Source: Reclinomonas americana ATCC 50394 (lineage: Eukaryota). From it: a stretch of DNA of 54,796 bases. The translations under genes were made by a program, and so were the position numbers. The stretch is from the NCBI GenBank assembly GCA_048213135.1, contig PS015062.1:203738-258533 (forward strand). Reading direction: 5' to 3'. The notes under the pieces are model-generated. The model saw only the letters and a program-made list of their open reading frames with translations. It was not told the origin of the DNA and made no database searches. This document shows, piece after piece, positions 42,931 to 54,796 of this stretch. Numbering within the stretch: the first letter of the stretch is position 1; each line of letters begins with the position of its first letter.

Positions 42931-43992
42931 CCAGTCTCAAATACGGGACGGACAACTACAGAGGAAGCACCTGCAACAAGCGCAAAGTGTCCAGACAAGG
43001 CACACATTCCTCCATTCCAGCTCCACCGCGCTCCACCATTCCTGGACATGAGCAGATTGTGGATAGCCCAGACTCTATGATCAGCAGATCTTGTGTGCAG
43101 TGGACCAGATCCTGGTAAGTAGATTTCGTGCACACGACTCGTTCGCCAAGGAAAGAGGTCCGTGGTTGCGTGGACAGTTGGGAGGCCTACGAATGTCAGG
43201 CACACACCGTGATGTCACACAAACCCTCTCTCTCTCTCTCTCTCTCTCTCTCCACTACTTNNNNNNNNNNNNNNNNNNNNNNNNNNNNNNNNNNNNNNNN
43301 NNNNNNNNNNNNNNNNNNNNNNNNNNNNNNNNNNNNNNNNNNNNNNNNNNNNNNNNNNNNNNNNNNNNNNNNNNNNNNNNNNNNNNNNNNNNNNNNNNNN
43401 NNNNNNNNNNNNNNNNNNNNNNNNNNNNNNNNNNNNNNNNNNNNNNNNNNNNNNNNNNNNNNNNNNNNNNNNNNNNNNNNNNNNNNNNNNNNNNNNNNNN
43501 NNNNNNNNNNNNNNNNNNNNNNNNNNNNNNNNNNNNNNNNNNNNNNNNNNNNNNNNNNNNNNNNNNNNNNNNNNNNNNNNNNNNNNNNNNNNNNNNNNNN
43601 NNNNNNNNNNNNNNNNNNNNNNNNNNNNNNNNNNNNNNNNNNNNNNNNNNNNNNNNNNNNNNNNNNNNNNNNNNNNNNNNNNNNNNNNNNNNNNNNNNNN
43701 NNNNNNNNNNNNNNNNNNNNNNNNNNNNNNNNNNNNNNNNNNNNNNNNNNNNNNNNNNNNNNNNNNNNNNNNNNNNNNNNNNNNNNNNNNNNNNNNNNNN
43801 NNNNNNNNNNNNNNNNNNNNNNNNNNNNNNNNNNNNNNNNNNNNNNNNNNNNNNNNNNNNNNNNNNNNNNNNNNNNNNNNNNNNNNNNNNNNNNNNNNNN
43901 NNNNNNNNNNNNNNNNNNNNNNNNNNNNNNNNNNNNNNNNNNNNNNNNNNNNNNNNNNNNNNNNNNNNNNNNNNNNNNNACTTTGCATGCAG

Positions 43993-44193
43993 GTCGTGCG
44001 AACTCGCATGCGTGAGCTGTCCACCGCCTCCGCCGGCCCCTCCGTGTTCCGCGTCTTCAAGGACGTGTACCAGAAGGAGGGCTGGCGAGCATTGTATCGC
44101 GGCATGGCGGCGCACTTGTTGCGTGTGGTGCCGAACACGGCCGTGGTGTTCCTCACATTCGAGGTCGTCGTGAATTGGTTGGACAGGGTTTAG
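43993..44193 (+). CDS. Last exon of the mitochondrial carrier (on an apparently inverted contig)
   Basis: CAG|VVRTRMRE...EGWRALYRGMAAHLLRVVPNTAVVFLTFE-stop continues TYPHE| of the minus-strand gene in phase 0. Confidence 0.88.
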   Translation, partial: VVRTRMRELSTASAGPSVFRVFKDVYQKEGWRALYRGMAAHLLRVVPNTAVVFLTFEVVVNWLDRV

Positions 44194-45401
44194 AGGGGAG
44201 GGGGGGCGTTAGGAGGGGCGGTGAATGTTTAATCGTAGCGATGTTAAGTGCTGGTTTTCCTGTCTCGGTGTGTGGAACACGGAGACAGAGCAGATTCCTC
44301 TTGTAGACGAGAAAAAAAGGAGTGTATGCGCTCGCTTTTTGGAAATGTGGAGAGAGAGAGAGAGAAGAGAGAGAGGGTTTGCGTGACAACACGGTGTGTG
44401 CCTGACATTCGTAGGCCTCCCAACTGTCCACGCAACCACGGACCTCTTTCCTTGGCGAACGAGTCGTGTGCATGAAATCTACTCACCAGGATCTGGAAGG
44501 CACCCAGAATTCGACTTGTCCACTGCACACAAGATTCATAGAGTCTGGGCTATCCACAAGCTGCTCATGTCCAGGAATGGTGGAGCGCAGTGGAGCTGGA
44601 ATGGAGGAATGTGTGCCTGGTCTGGACACACTCGTAGGTGCTTCCTCTGTAGATCGTGTGCCGTTGTCCGTCCGCGTATTTGAGACTGAATTCTCCTCCT
44701 CTCTGTCTCTGTCTCTGTCTCTCTCTATATATATATGTATTTTCTCTCTTGTCCTCTCTCGACCAGCCGCCTGCCGATGCTTTGACGGCATGCGGCATGA
44801 AATAACTCCCTGCTCGCCCTCCCTTCTCCCCTGCCGCCTCACAATTCATGTCCCTTTCCCCTCTGCTTCTCCCTTTTCCTTCCCCTTCCCCTCCTNNNNN
44901 NNNNNNNNNNNNNNNNNNNNNNNNNNNNNNNNNNNNNNNNNNNNNNNNNNNNNNNNNNNNNNNNNNNNNNNNNNNNNNNNNNNNNNNNNNNNNNNNNNNN
45001 NNNNNNNNNNNNNNNNNNNNNNNNNNNNNNNNNNNNNNNNNNNNNNNNNNNNNNNNNNNNNNNNNNNNNNNNNNNNNNNNNNNNNNNNNNNNNNNNNNNN
45101 NNNNNNNNNNNNNNNNNNNNNNNNNNNNNNNNNNNNNNNNNNNNNNNNNNNNNNNNNNNNNNNNNNNNNNNNNNNNNNNNNNNNNNNNNNNNNNNNNNNN
45201 NNNNNNNNNNNNNNNNNNNNNNNNNNNNNNNNNNNNNNNNNNNNNNNNNNNNNNNNNNNNNNNNNNNNNNNNNNNNNNNNNNNNNNNNNNNNNNNNNNNN
45301 NNNNNNNNNNNNNNNNNNNNNNNNNNNNNNNNNNNNNNNNNNNNNNNNGGGAGTTTGGAAACAAAGAACACAAATGCACGGGAGATGAGACAGGCACGTA
45401 C

Positions 45402-46827
45402 CTCGTGCGGGTATGTCACGCACGAGGCGATTAGCTTTGACGTTGCAGCGGTGATGAAGAACCACAGTGGATGAGGTCGTTCGCCATCCACTGCATGTAT
45501 GGTGTGAGTAACTGTCGCGTAGAGATCGTGGAAGAGGCTACACGCAACTGCCCGCTGCAACCATGCGTTTGAACTTTTCATACAACAAAAACTGCACGAC
45601 AGTCTCCGAGGTCCCTGCAGATGAACACAACGTGAGTCGCAAATAAAGCAACATGTGAGGGAAGAGGGAGAACAGACCTAGATACGATGCAGAGAGGCCG
45701 CGATAGAATGCGCGAATGCCCTCTTTTCTATACATGCGTTGTGTGCAGTCCCAGTAGGATGTGTAGCCGGGTTCGCCAACTGCGAGTGCCTACCAGGTTA
45801 GCAGCAGGGACGAGAGATAGAGAGAGGAGGGGATGCGCCGTACCTGGGTGGAGCTGCATGCGGGTTTTGATGACACCTAATGGAGACACGGCCGAGGCAG
45901 TGACGCCGCCTGTGCGCAAAGAAAGTGGTTGGCCGCATGAAGACAAGAAGCATGGAACAATCGACTGCGGGCTCACCAGCACTGGCTGCCGAAATTGAGT
46001 GTACGATACTCGTTTCTCTCGATTCGTCGCCCGCCGTCAGCAGCTTCTTTGTGAGATCTGCAGGACGACGACAACGTGAGGAGCAAATCACAGATGAAGA
46101 GGGGAGAGAAATCAGGGACGCACCATACGAGGCAAAGTAAATGGCTCTCGCAGGCATCACACCCACGAGGTTGGGAATGAGGCCGCGAAAGAGGCCGCGA
46201 ATGCCCTCCAGGCGTCCAATGTCACTGTAAAAAGAAGTGAGAAGGATGGTTGAAGAGGCGAGGGAGCGGCGGGATGACGCAACACTAGTGCTTGCAGGGT
46301 CTTCGGCATGTAGGTTTTGTTGTTGGTGACGGCGGCGGTGGTGGGTGGGGCTGCTGGACGGGCGAAGGTGGCGGAGGCCATGGTGGACTGCGATGGAAGG
46401 GGAAGGGGGTCAAGGGGGAAGGAGGGGTAAGGAGGGGGAAAGAGGGGGAAGGGAGGGGGAAGGAGGGGGAAGGGGTCATAAGGGGGAAGGACGGGGAAGT
46501 GAGTGGATTCGTAGGGAGCAGTACGAGTAAGAGGGAGAGCGAGACTGAGAGGGCAAGGCCAAGTAAAGAGACCAAGGAGCACGACAGACGACGGAACGAA
46601 AGGAGTCATGGAGAGAAAGCGAGTCTGCTTCTTCTTGGGAACGGAAGCAGAGAACGAAGCAAGCGAGGGTCGCTCGATCGGCTTTTGCGAAGACAAAGTA
46701 AGTGAGGGAGAGAAGAGAGACGCAGCGACAGGAATGGCACTGGAGGCAGAGCGACGCAAGAAGAGAATGAAACATGCGAAGATCGGATGTTCGGCTTTCT
46801 CACAGGGTGTGTGTGTGTGTGAGCGAC

Positions 46828-46890
<63 letters not shown>

Positions 46891-47264
46891 GAGAGAGAGA
46901 GANNNNNNNNNNNNNNNNNNNNNNNNNNNNNNNNNNNNNNNNNNNNNNNNNNNNNNNNNNNNNNNNNNNNNNNNNNNNNNNNNNNNNNNNNNNNNNNNNN
47001 NNNNNNNNNNNNNNNNNNNNNNNNNNNNNNNNNNNNNNNNNNNNNNNNNNNNNNNNNNNNNNNNNNNNNNNNNNNNNNNNNNNNNNNNNNNNNNNNNNNN
47101 NNNNNNNNNNNNNNNNNNNNNNNNNNNNNNNNNNNNNNNNNNNNNNNNNNNNNNNNNNNNNNNNNNNNNNNNNNNNNNNNNNNNNNNNNNNNNNNNNNNN
47201 NNNNNNNNNNNNNNNNNNNNNNNNNNNNNNNNNNNNNNNNNNNNNCTCCTCCTCCTCCCTCCTC

Positions 47265-47302
<38 letters not shown>

Positions 47303-47539
47303 ACGCACCTGCAACCTGGTCCTCAACAAATCCAGTGGATGCGTGAGAATCGCTCCCGCTGTGCCTCCCAACCCACCCGCAATGATTCGTCGCCACACAA
47401 ATCCCGCATGAGACTGTTGCTGTTGCTGCTGAGTCACATTCACAGAAGACGAAGGAGGAGGAGGAGAAGGATGCGTTGACTGAGTGTGATCCACAGCGAT
47501 TTGTGTTTCTGTGACTGCGTTGACATCTTCTTCTTCCAT
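45402..47539 (-). CDS. RIM2: Mitochondrial pyrimidine-nucleotide carrier (RIM2/SLC25A33/36-like)
   Basis: AGGLGGTAGAILTHPLDLLRTRLQ, EGIRGLFRGLIPNLVGVMPARAIYF, FYRGLSASYLGTSETVVQFLLYE and SKLIASCVTYPHE. Confidence 0.88.
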
Positions 47540-48219
47540 GAGGCGGAGAGTGGGAAAACGAGGCACGCACGCACGCAGATGGTGTGTGCGCGCTGTGGAG
47601 AGAGAAAAGAAATTGCTTGGGACATTTTGATTGGTGACGTCCTGCGAGGAAGTTCTTACAAAACAACACAACGACTGCTTTTCTAACATAGCTGCATGAA
47701 GATCAGCATCTTGAGCACCAGAACCTGAGATATCACGGAAAACAGTTACAGAAAAGTCGAGATACTCGATGTCTGCATGCGCAAGAGAAATCTCGGCTCG
47801 TGCAACTGTAATGGTCGCAGCCTTGTGGTCGTGTGTAAAGCGCGCAGCGACAGAGGTGTGTTGCCCTGAGTGGAGAGCCGTGGTGTGCGTCGAATTCGAA
47901 TTCGATCGCGAAGTCGACGTCGCACTTGTGGCTGCACGAGGTCGTTACTCTTCTTCAACGCGAACAACACGTATTCATCCATATGCATTCAACGTGCACG
48001 TGGAACCGGGTTGCTGTTCTCGGGTTGCTTTTCTGCAACGTAAACAACAAGTTACTGCAGCTGGATTTCGAGTTCGTGATCGCCCACGTGCACTTGCATT
48101 CAACGTGGTGTGTAGGTGCCGCACGAGGTCGTTGCTCTTCTTCTATTCATCGTTAACAAGTTAATTCACCCATTCATTCCTCTCATTCTCCTCTCCTTTC
48201 CCTTCTACCCCCCTATCTA

Positions 48220-51200
48220 TCACTCCACCACCTCGTTGGCCAGCCGCGGCACTCCCATCGCATCCCTCACCAACTCCAACGCCTGCTTCGCCTCCTGCAC
48301 CTGCCAGGCGCTCTCCTCGTAGACCAAGCGCAGGCCAGCCAGTGCTTCCACCAACATCGCCTCCGACTCGTCGAGACGCTGCGGCGAGAAGCGCTTGGCG
48401 AGGACCCAGGCGCACTGCACCATGGTTCCGAGCGTGTCTTCGTGTCGCGGGCCCATGACCTCCAGCCGAGCCGCCAAGCAATCGGCAAACAGCGTGTGCG
48501 CCTCGGCGAGCGATTCCTCGGTGTCGAGCTGCAGCAGGCTCCACGCCATGTTGTGCATGGAGGAGAGAACGTGCGGGTGCATGGGACCGAGCACTTGTCG
48601 TCGCTTCTCCAGACTCGCCCTATGCAACTCCACCTGCTCCTCGCGCCCGCAGCTGAGGGCACTCGAGGCCACGTTGTAGAGCAGGGTGAGTGTGTCGGGG
48701 TGGTCGTCGCCCAGCAACGCCCGGGCCACTCGCACGCATTCACGAAAGTGTGCCTCGGCCACCGCAAACTGCATCTTGTCCCAGGCCACCGACCCCAGCC
48801 GGCACACGGTGACCATGGTGTCAAAGTGCGCCACGCCAATGAGCTCGTGCTGCCGGCGCAAGCACGCCTTCAGCATCACCTCATCCTGACTGGCGGCACC
48901 GAGACTGCGCCACACACGGAGAGCATCCAGCAGATCGACACCGCGCACTTGTCTGCCGGCCAGCAGCGGCTCGTGATGGCACCACACCTTTTTCCAGGCT
49001 TCGACAGAGTCGGCACGCTGGCGCAGCAGCGTGCACAACATGGCCTCCGTCCTCAACGCCGTCAAGTACAGCTGCTGGTTCTGCTGGTGGTGATCGCGCA
49101 CGTACATGCGCACGCGGCCCAGCAGCACCGTCGACCACTGCTCGTTGAACATGCGGGCCGGCATGCGACCGAGCCACAGCAGTGAGCAAATGCACTCCAC
49201 GGCCGCGAATTGCAGCAGCAGTGGCCCAGCATCGGCCGTCGGCTCCAGGCTCCACAGCTCCTCGTCCTCGGCCAGGTGGCGCCACAGGGTCACCAGCACC
49301 GGCATGGCTTCGCGCATCACCGCCAGCAGACGATCAAAGTCAATGTCGGAATCGATGCCGGCCAGTGCGCAGCACAGCACGCGGATCAGCAAGTGTCGTG
49401 CACGGCGCACGGCGACGCCGCCGGCATGCGACGCCATCCAGCGGGCGATCTCGTCGTGCACCCGATACTCGACACGATCGTCACTCGCCGCGCGCACGTC
49501 GTCCACCGAGAGAATGCGCGCCAGCACACTGCCAGAGCCGAGCACGGCGGCCTCGGTCACCAGATTCACGTGCTGCAAGGCCGTCAGTGTGGCCGCACAA
49601 TCACCGGCAGGCACCAACTGTGCGACTCGCTGGCGCAACATGACCACCTCCGCTCCCGGCAACTCCTCCACTTGATGCTCGGCAATCAGGTGCGCGGCGC
49701 GAACACGCCTCGTGCACGCCATCTCGTGCAGCGTCAGTCGCCGTGCGCAGCGCGCCAGCTGCACCATTCTCGAGCACACGGCTTGCACGCGGTCGTCATC
49801 GACATCTGCTACCTCCTCAGCTGCTGCTGCTGCTGCCTCGTCCGCCACCTCGGTAATGTCAATCATGGCGTCGCGCACGAGGGCGTCGGCCACCTGCACA
49901 AACGGCTGCGTGGCGGTGATGCCGAGCTCCTTGGCGGCGACCAGCAGCACCAGGAGACGTCGCTCTGTCTCGCCCTGCGAGGAGACGTTGCGCTCCAGCA
50001 GCTGGTAGAGAGCCTCGCGACCGGTCTCGGCGAGGACGCTGGTGAGGCGGCCGTTGGCGTCGAGTTCTTGCGGGCGGCATGACATGAGGAAGCTATGTCA
50101 AACGAAGGCGAGGGTGAGTACAAAGGGGAAGGCAAAGGGGAATAAAGGGGAAAGGGAGAGGAAAGGGGAAGGCAACGGGAATAACAAAAGGGAGGGGAAA
50201 GGGAAAGGGGAAGGGGAAGAGAAAGGGAAAGGGAAAGGGGAAGAGGAGGGACGGAACAATGAACGCTGAATCAGGGTGAGATCTAAGGGAAGGGATAAGA
50301 ACATGTAAACAGAGATTGGCATGAACAGTGTTTTTCGGGCTGGACTCACAGAAGCTACACAGATCATTGCAGCACAAGCTGCTCGTTCTCCATTCGGCGC
50401 AAAGTGGAAAGGAACCATTGGAGACGAGGCGAGAAGAGAAACAAGGCGAACCATGAGATGAGAAGATGATGGAGAAAAGAGTGTCCTTCTCCTCCAGCCC
50501 TCGCCGCCCTCCTTCTCCATTTTCCCCCACTCACCCTAAACACGCATTGACACGCAGCGCACTCCGCTGCGCATCGTCCGCAAACGAGGCCACCACCTGC
50601 TGCCGCACATTGTCGCCAACCTCCGCCAAGCACTGCTCCACCAAGTCCGCAATGTCGGCATCGTCGACGCAGGTCACATGCACGTCCTCCACCACTGTGC
50701 TCGTGCCGGCGAGTGCATCGCGCAAGGCCGTGGCCACTGGCGGAAAACGACTGGTCACAATCGTCACGGGGGCCAGCTCGAACTGCGACGACTCTGTTGC
50801 GTCTGAAGGTGGTGAGGCTCGGGGGGAAGGAGATGGGAGGAAGGAGTGAATGCTAACGCACCTCCATCGCACAGCACCTCGCGTACTTGCTCGAGCGAGG
50901 CCACATTGTCGAGCACAAAGACACCGCGGGAGGCGTGCAGCAGGCGTCGCAGTTCGCGACGAGCCGGGTCGGCGTTGCCACTGTTGCAGACGGCGTCGAC
51001 AAAGAGCGCCAGGCGTTCGCCTTCGTCGGCGTCGGCCTGCTTTTGGGCGCTGACAAAGGCAGAGAGGGCGGTGCGCATCGCACTGGTGGTCTAAAAGGGA
51101 AAGGGTGAGGGAGGAGGAGCGAGGAAAGGAGAAGGAGGAGGAGGATGAAAGGAGAAGGAGGAGCAGGAGGAGGAGAAGGAGAANNNNNNNNNNNNNNNNN

Positions 51201-52420
51201 NNNNNNNNNNNNNNNNNNNNNNNNNNNNNNNNNNNNNNNNNNNNNNNNNNNNNNNNNNNNNNNNNNNNNNNNNNNNNNNNNNNNNNNNNNNNNNNNNNGG
51301 AGGAGGAGGAAGGAGAAGTAGACGAGGCGGAAGGAGGAGAAGAGGAAGAAGAGACAGACGGACGATCCCTTGCTACAAGGTGGATAATGACTAAGAGTCC
51401 TTGAAGCACATGGAACGAAAGTGGGACGACAAGGAAGAGGAGGAGGAGGGGAAGAAGAAGAAGAAGGAGAAGACAAAGATGACAAATGAGAATGGTTAGA
51501 TCATGGACGGAGACGGATGAGGAGAACAAGGAAGAGAAGGAAGAGGAAGAGGAAGGAGGAAAGACAATGCACACCGCCCGCAACTGTGGTGTGCTCCGAG
51601 GGATCAGCAATGTGCCCACGCATGTCAACAGTGATCGCCGATCCATGCCACGCACAGCTCTCCATCTCCCCCACGATGAGCTCAGCCAAAAACGACTTGC
51701 CACTGCCTCCATCGCCAGTAAGCACAATCACCACAGGCGCGTCTTCCACTGCAGAGTGAAGGAGGTGAGCAAAAAATAGGCTTTTCTTGCTTGTTGTCCT
51801 TCTCTCGCTCACTCATGATCACTCACTCACCATTCACCACTCTGCGTGCAAGTTCGGCCGCCAGTCGTCGGCGACTTGGAAAGCGGAAAACGTCGAGTGC
51901 GCGGATGGTGCGCGCGATGATCGGTGAGTCAGAGGAGCCGGCGGAGGCTGAGCGGGCGATGCTGTGCTCACTCATCGTGGTGGTGTGTTCGGAACGTCGA
52001 AAAGCGGACAACATGACAACTGCAACCAGCAGTGGATCCTGGTTGATCCTTAAGCTTGGCCCACGGTCGACAACCACATGTTCAAGCAGCGACTCTATCG
52101 ACCTTTGCCTTCCACCCTGCAGATCTGACTTCAACCCTTGACCTTCATCTCACGACCCCTCATGATCATCTGCACATGCATGCATATGATCAACGTTAAC
52201 CCTGGACCCGACGTCGCAACCCTCGCCCGACGACCCTCAACCCTCGACCCTTAACCCTCGACCATCGACCCTGGCAGGACGTACCAAGATCATTGTGGGG
52301 CGACATCGGAAAATATTCGGACGTTTTCAACTGGGGATTCAATGCTGCCTCATGGTCACCATCAAGACATAGAGCGCATGCGCAGTGAAGCAGTACACGC
52401 ACATGTACGTCTGCACGACA
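48220..52420 (-). CDS. STAND (NB-ARC/NACHT-like) P-loop NTPase with C-terminal TPR repeats
   Basis: Walker A VIVLTGDGGSGKS, Walker B VFVLDNV, TIVTSR; KLC-type TPR motifs LGDDHPDTL, LGPMHPHVL, MGPRHEDTL. 5' end uncertain. Confidence 0.78.
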
Positions 52421-52554
52421 CGCACTCGCAGTCTAAGATCAGCGGGAGCAACATCTGATCATGACCCGGATCCGGATCTGATCAGCACTTCGAGAAAAAG
52501 AAGAAACGGAAAGAATTCGAAAGAAGACGACAAAACGCTAACGCGTGTCAAGGC

Positions 52555-52869
52555 TTAGAATGTGGGGAAGCTTGTCGCTCCCCACATGACAGCGGAGCAC
52601 GGGACATTGCGAAAGTCTGTGAACAATGGGCTGGGCGGAGCAAGGCAAGCCTCTCCCACGCAAAGCGCGAAAGTGCCAGCGGCAAACCAGCCGAGAGCAA
52701 GATCAGTCCAATGCACAACCGCACAGCAGGTAGTACAGGCGGCGAAGCCTACCACAGGTCCGGCGTCGGCAGGCTCGGAACTGATGAGCAGCAGCACGAC
52801 AATCAAGAGAGTGGCAACCAACGTCGGCAGGAGGCAGCGCGTGCCCCGGGTGCAGGGGCTGGCCGACAT
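52555..52869 (-). CDS. Small secreted Cys-rich hydrophobic protein, intronless
   Basis: 104-aa ORF with a signal peptide ending ADA, then a mature part GPVVGFAACTTCC... containing 6 Cys. Confidence 0.62.
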   Translation of the reverse strand: MSASPCTRGTRCLLPTLVATLLIVVLLLISSEPADAGPVVGFAACTTCCAVVHWTDLALGWFAAGTFALCVGEACLAPPSPLFTDFRNVPCSAVMWGATSFPTF

Positions 52870-53191
52870 TCCAACGCTCGTGAAACAGCGTTAAACGTGG
52901 TATTAAAAGTTTCCGGCAAAGCCGGCAAGACCCGCCACGGACTCGATCGCGCGACCCGGCATGGCGTATGGATACTGATGCTCATGATCGTGTCCATTAA
53001 CGTCAAGTTCGACGTGTTGTCTTTCACCATCCACCACTCTGCGTGTCAGCTCGTCCGCCTGTTGTCGGCGACTTGGGAAGCGGAAGACATCTCTATCGAC
53101 GGATTAGCAAGCATCCTCCAAGTCCCGCCAGTCGTGGAGGCGCATGACACAAAAATACCCCTTCACTACAGCCGCCATGCGCGTTGTCTTC

Positions 53192-54302
53192 TCAGCTGCG
53201 CCTGTGCGGCAGAAACAGTGCCTCCATGCGCATGAACGGCTTCTCCACCAGCACGAACAGCAGGTACGAGAACATGTACGAGACGAAGCAGTTCGCCACG
53301 GTGTTGGTGGTGATTTCCTGCACGACAAACACACGAATCAGATGCGATCAAGAGAGTGGCCATTCAAGAAGGCAGTAGTGCGCAACAATCGCCGAGTACT
53401 GCGACGAGGAAGCGGAAGTGAGAGCAGGAAAGAAAACGGCATCGAAGGAGGCAGGGGACAAACCTCCAGCAACATGCGGCGGGACATGTAGTTGAGGAAA
53501 ATCACTGGCAGGGAGTGAGCAGAAGCGGGCCCGAGAAGTGTGCGCAGGTAGAAAACGCACCTACTGGATGGATCAGGTAGGCCCCATACGTCAGGCGAGC
53601 CAGCGGCGTCCAGTATCCTGTGAACGAAAGGAGGCATTGAGCGGGGGAATGAAAGGAGACAGTCCCCTTCCCATTCTCTCTCACCTGCCGACAACCACTG
53701 CCTCCACAGATTGACCACGGTGACCTTCTTGAAGTTACTGCGCAGTATCGGGGTAAGCGGAAAAGGAGAAGCGGTGCATGCACATCCTGCGCAACGGATT
53801 GCACACGCTCTCGTGCATGACGTAGACGAGAAGCACCAAGCCGAGGCTCCATGCAGGACGTGCGAATGTTCCATACCTGCGAAAAGGAGAGTGAGTGGTG
53901 GAGTGCAAGAAACAAAAGCAAACGGTGAAGCGCAACATGACATTGTTGATGTCACCGGGAGTCCACGACTGCAGAACATAGAGGTTAGTCGGATTCTCAC
54001 CACGTCGCGCACAACGTGACGTACCGTGCCGAGTGACTCCAACATGTTCACAATCGAGAACACGGTGCTGGTGAGCAGGCCAAAGCCGACAACTGCGCCC
54101 ACCATGTTAGCGAGAGATGACGAATGTAAAGGGAGACGGTGCTGCTACTCACTGTACAGCGCGTAGTTCATCAACTTGGTGCTAACGGACTCGCCCGGAG
54201 CATTCTCGTGATCCACTTCTACCGATCCCTGACGGCGGCTGGCGAATGAGGCGTCCAGCTCGCGTTGCTCCAGTCGCCAGTGCAGGAGGAAGGCGAGGCC
54301 AC
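53192..54302 (-). CDS. NRF-6/O-acyltransferase-like (Acyl_transf_3) protein, 3' part
   Basis: YGTFARPAWSLG, WTPLARLTYGAYLIHP and LLFVLVEKPFMRME; includes a 12-nt micro-exon at 53387-53398. 5' exons lie beyond the window. Confidence 0.88.
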
Positions 54303-54751
54303 TGTGGTGGAGGTGAGACACACACTCAGAAAGGGAGCTGTCACTCTTGCGGTTCTCGCTTTCTTGGCACTCTTGCCCTGTTTCTTTCTTGTGCTTGTAT
54401 CCGGTCTCACACGCTCTCTATCTCTTTTTCTCTCTTATTACACACAAGGTTATCTCTTTCTTTCTTTACACTCTTGCCCTTTTTTTCTTTCTTCTGCTCG
54501 TTTCCGGTCTCACACGCTATCTATCTCACTCTCACTCAGTGTCGTTGCATGCTTCTGCTACATTTTTTCGGTGCGCTCCTTCAGTTTTCCTCCTTCCTCT
54601 CTTCGTTAATACTCATTCTGACGCTCCCTGCTTCTGTTTCTCGATCATTCCCTTCTCCTGATCCTCTGGTGACCGGGAAGCGCACTCCACCAATCAACCC
54701 ACCAACACACACACACACAGAGAAACACACCCACACATCCACTTGTCCGCC

Positions 54752-54796
<45 letters not shown>

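Noticed and set aside
45790-45845. Possible GGTACG donor in the carrier gene
   Set aside because: A canonical G|GTACGG donor with a downstream CAG acceptor keeps the frame equally well.
47885-48150. Degenerate roughly 190-bp duplication between the carrier and TPR genes
   Set aside because: One of many local duplications (also 26930-27265 and 30120-30420), with no coding or structural signal.

Overview
Intron-rich eukaryotic (protist-type) genomic scaffold with many N-gaps, most flanked by (CT)n/(GA)n or purine/pyrimidine tracts. Splicing exons by hand gives about 18 genes: a calflagin/FCaBP-like protein (5' part), an MFS transporter, a PAK/STE20 kinase, a TKL kinase, a hypothetical protein, MZT2, CENP-N, a surface protein with three Ig-like repeats, a METTL21-type methyltransferase, a secreted GH39 glycosidase, an MBOAT acyltransferase, a multi-pass membrane protein, sestrin, a TRM9/ALKBH8-type methyltransferase, a RIM2/SLC25A33/36 carrier, an NLR-like P-loop+TPR protein, a small secreted Cys-rich protein and an NRF-6-like acyltransferase (3' part). 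The main signal is in the splice code. Roughly one in five inferred introns starts GTTGCG, GTTGAG or GCTGCG, the ordinary GTGCG/GTGAG donor displaced by one base, and none of these follows an exonic G. This suggests large-scale use of a +1-shifted U1 pairing register. Two gap-bounded contigs appear to be scaffolded in inverted orientation; flipping one reveals MZT2 and CENP-N head-to-head around a 63-bp spacer with a double E2F-type site. All gene identities come from recognising motifs by eye, not from database searches.
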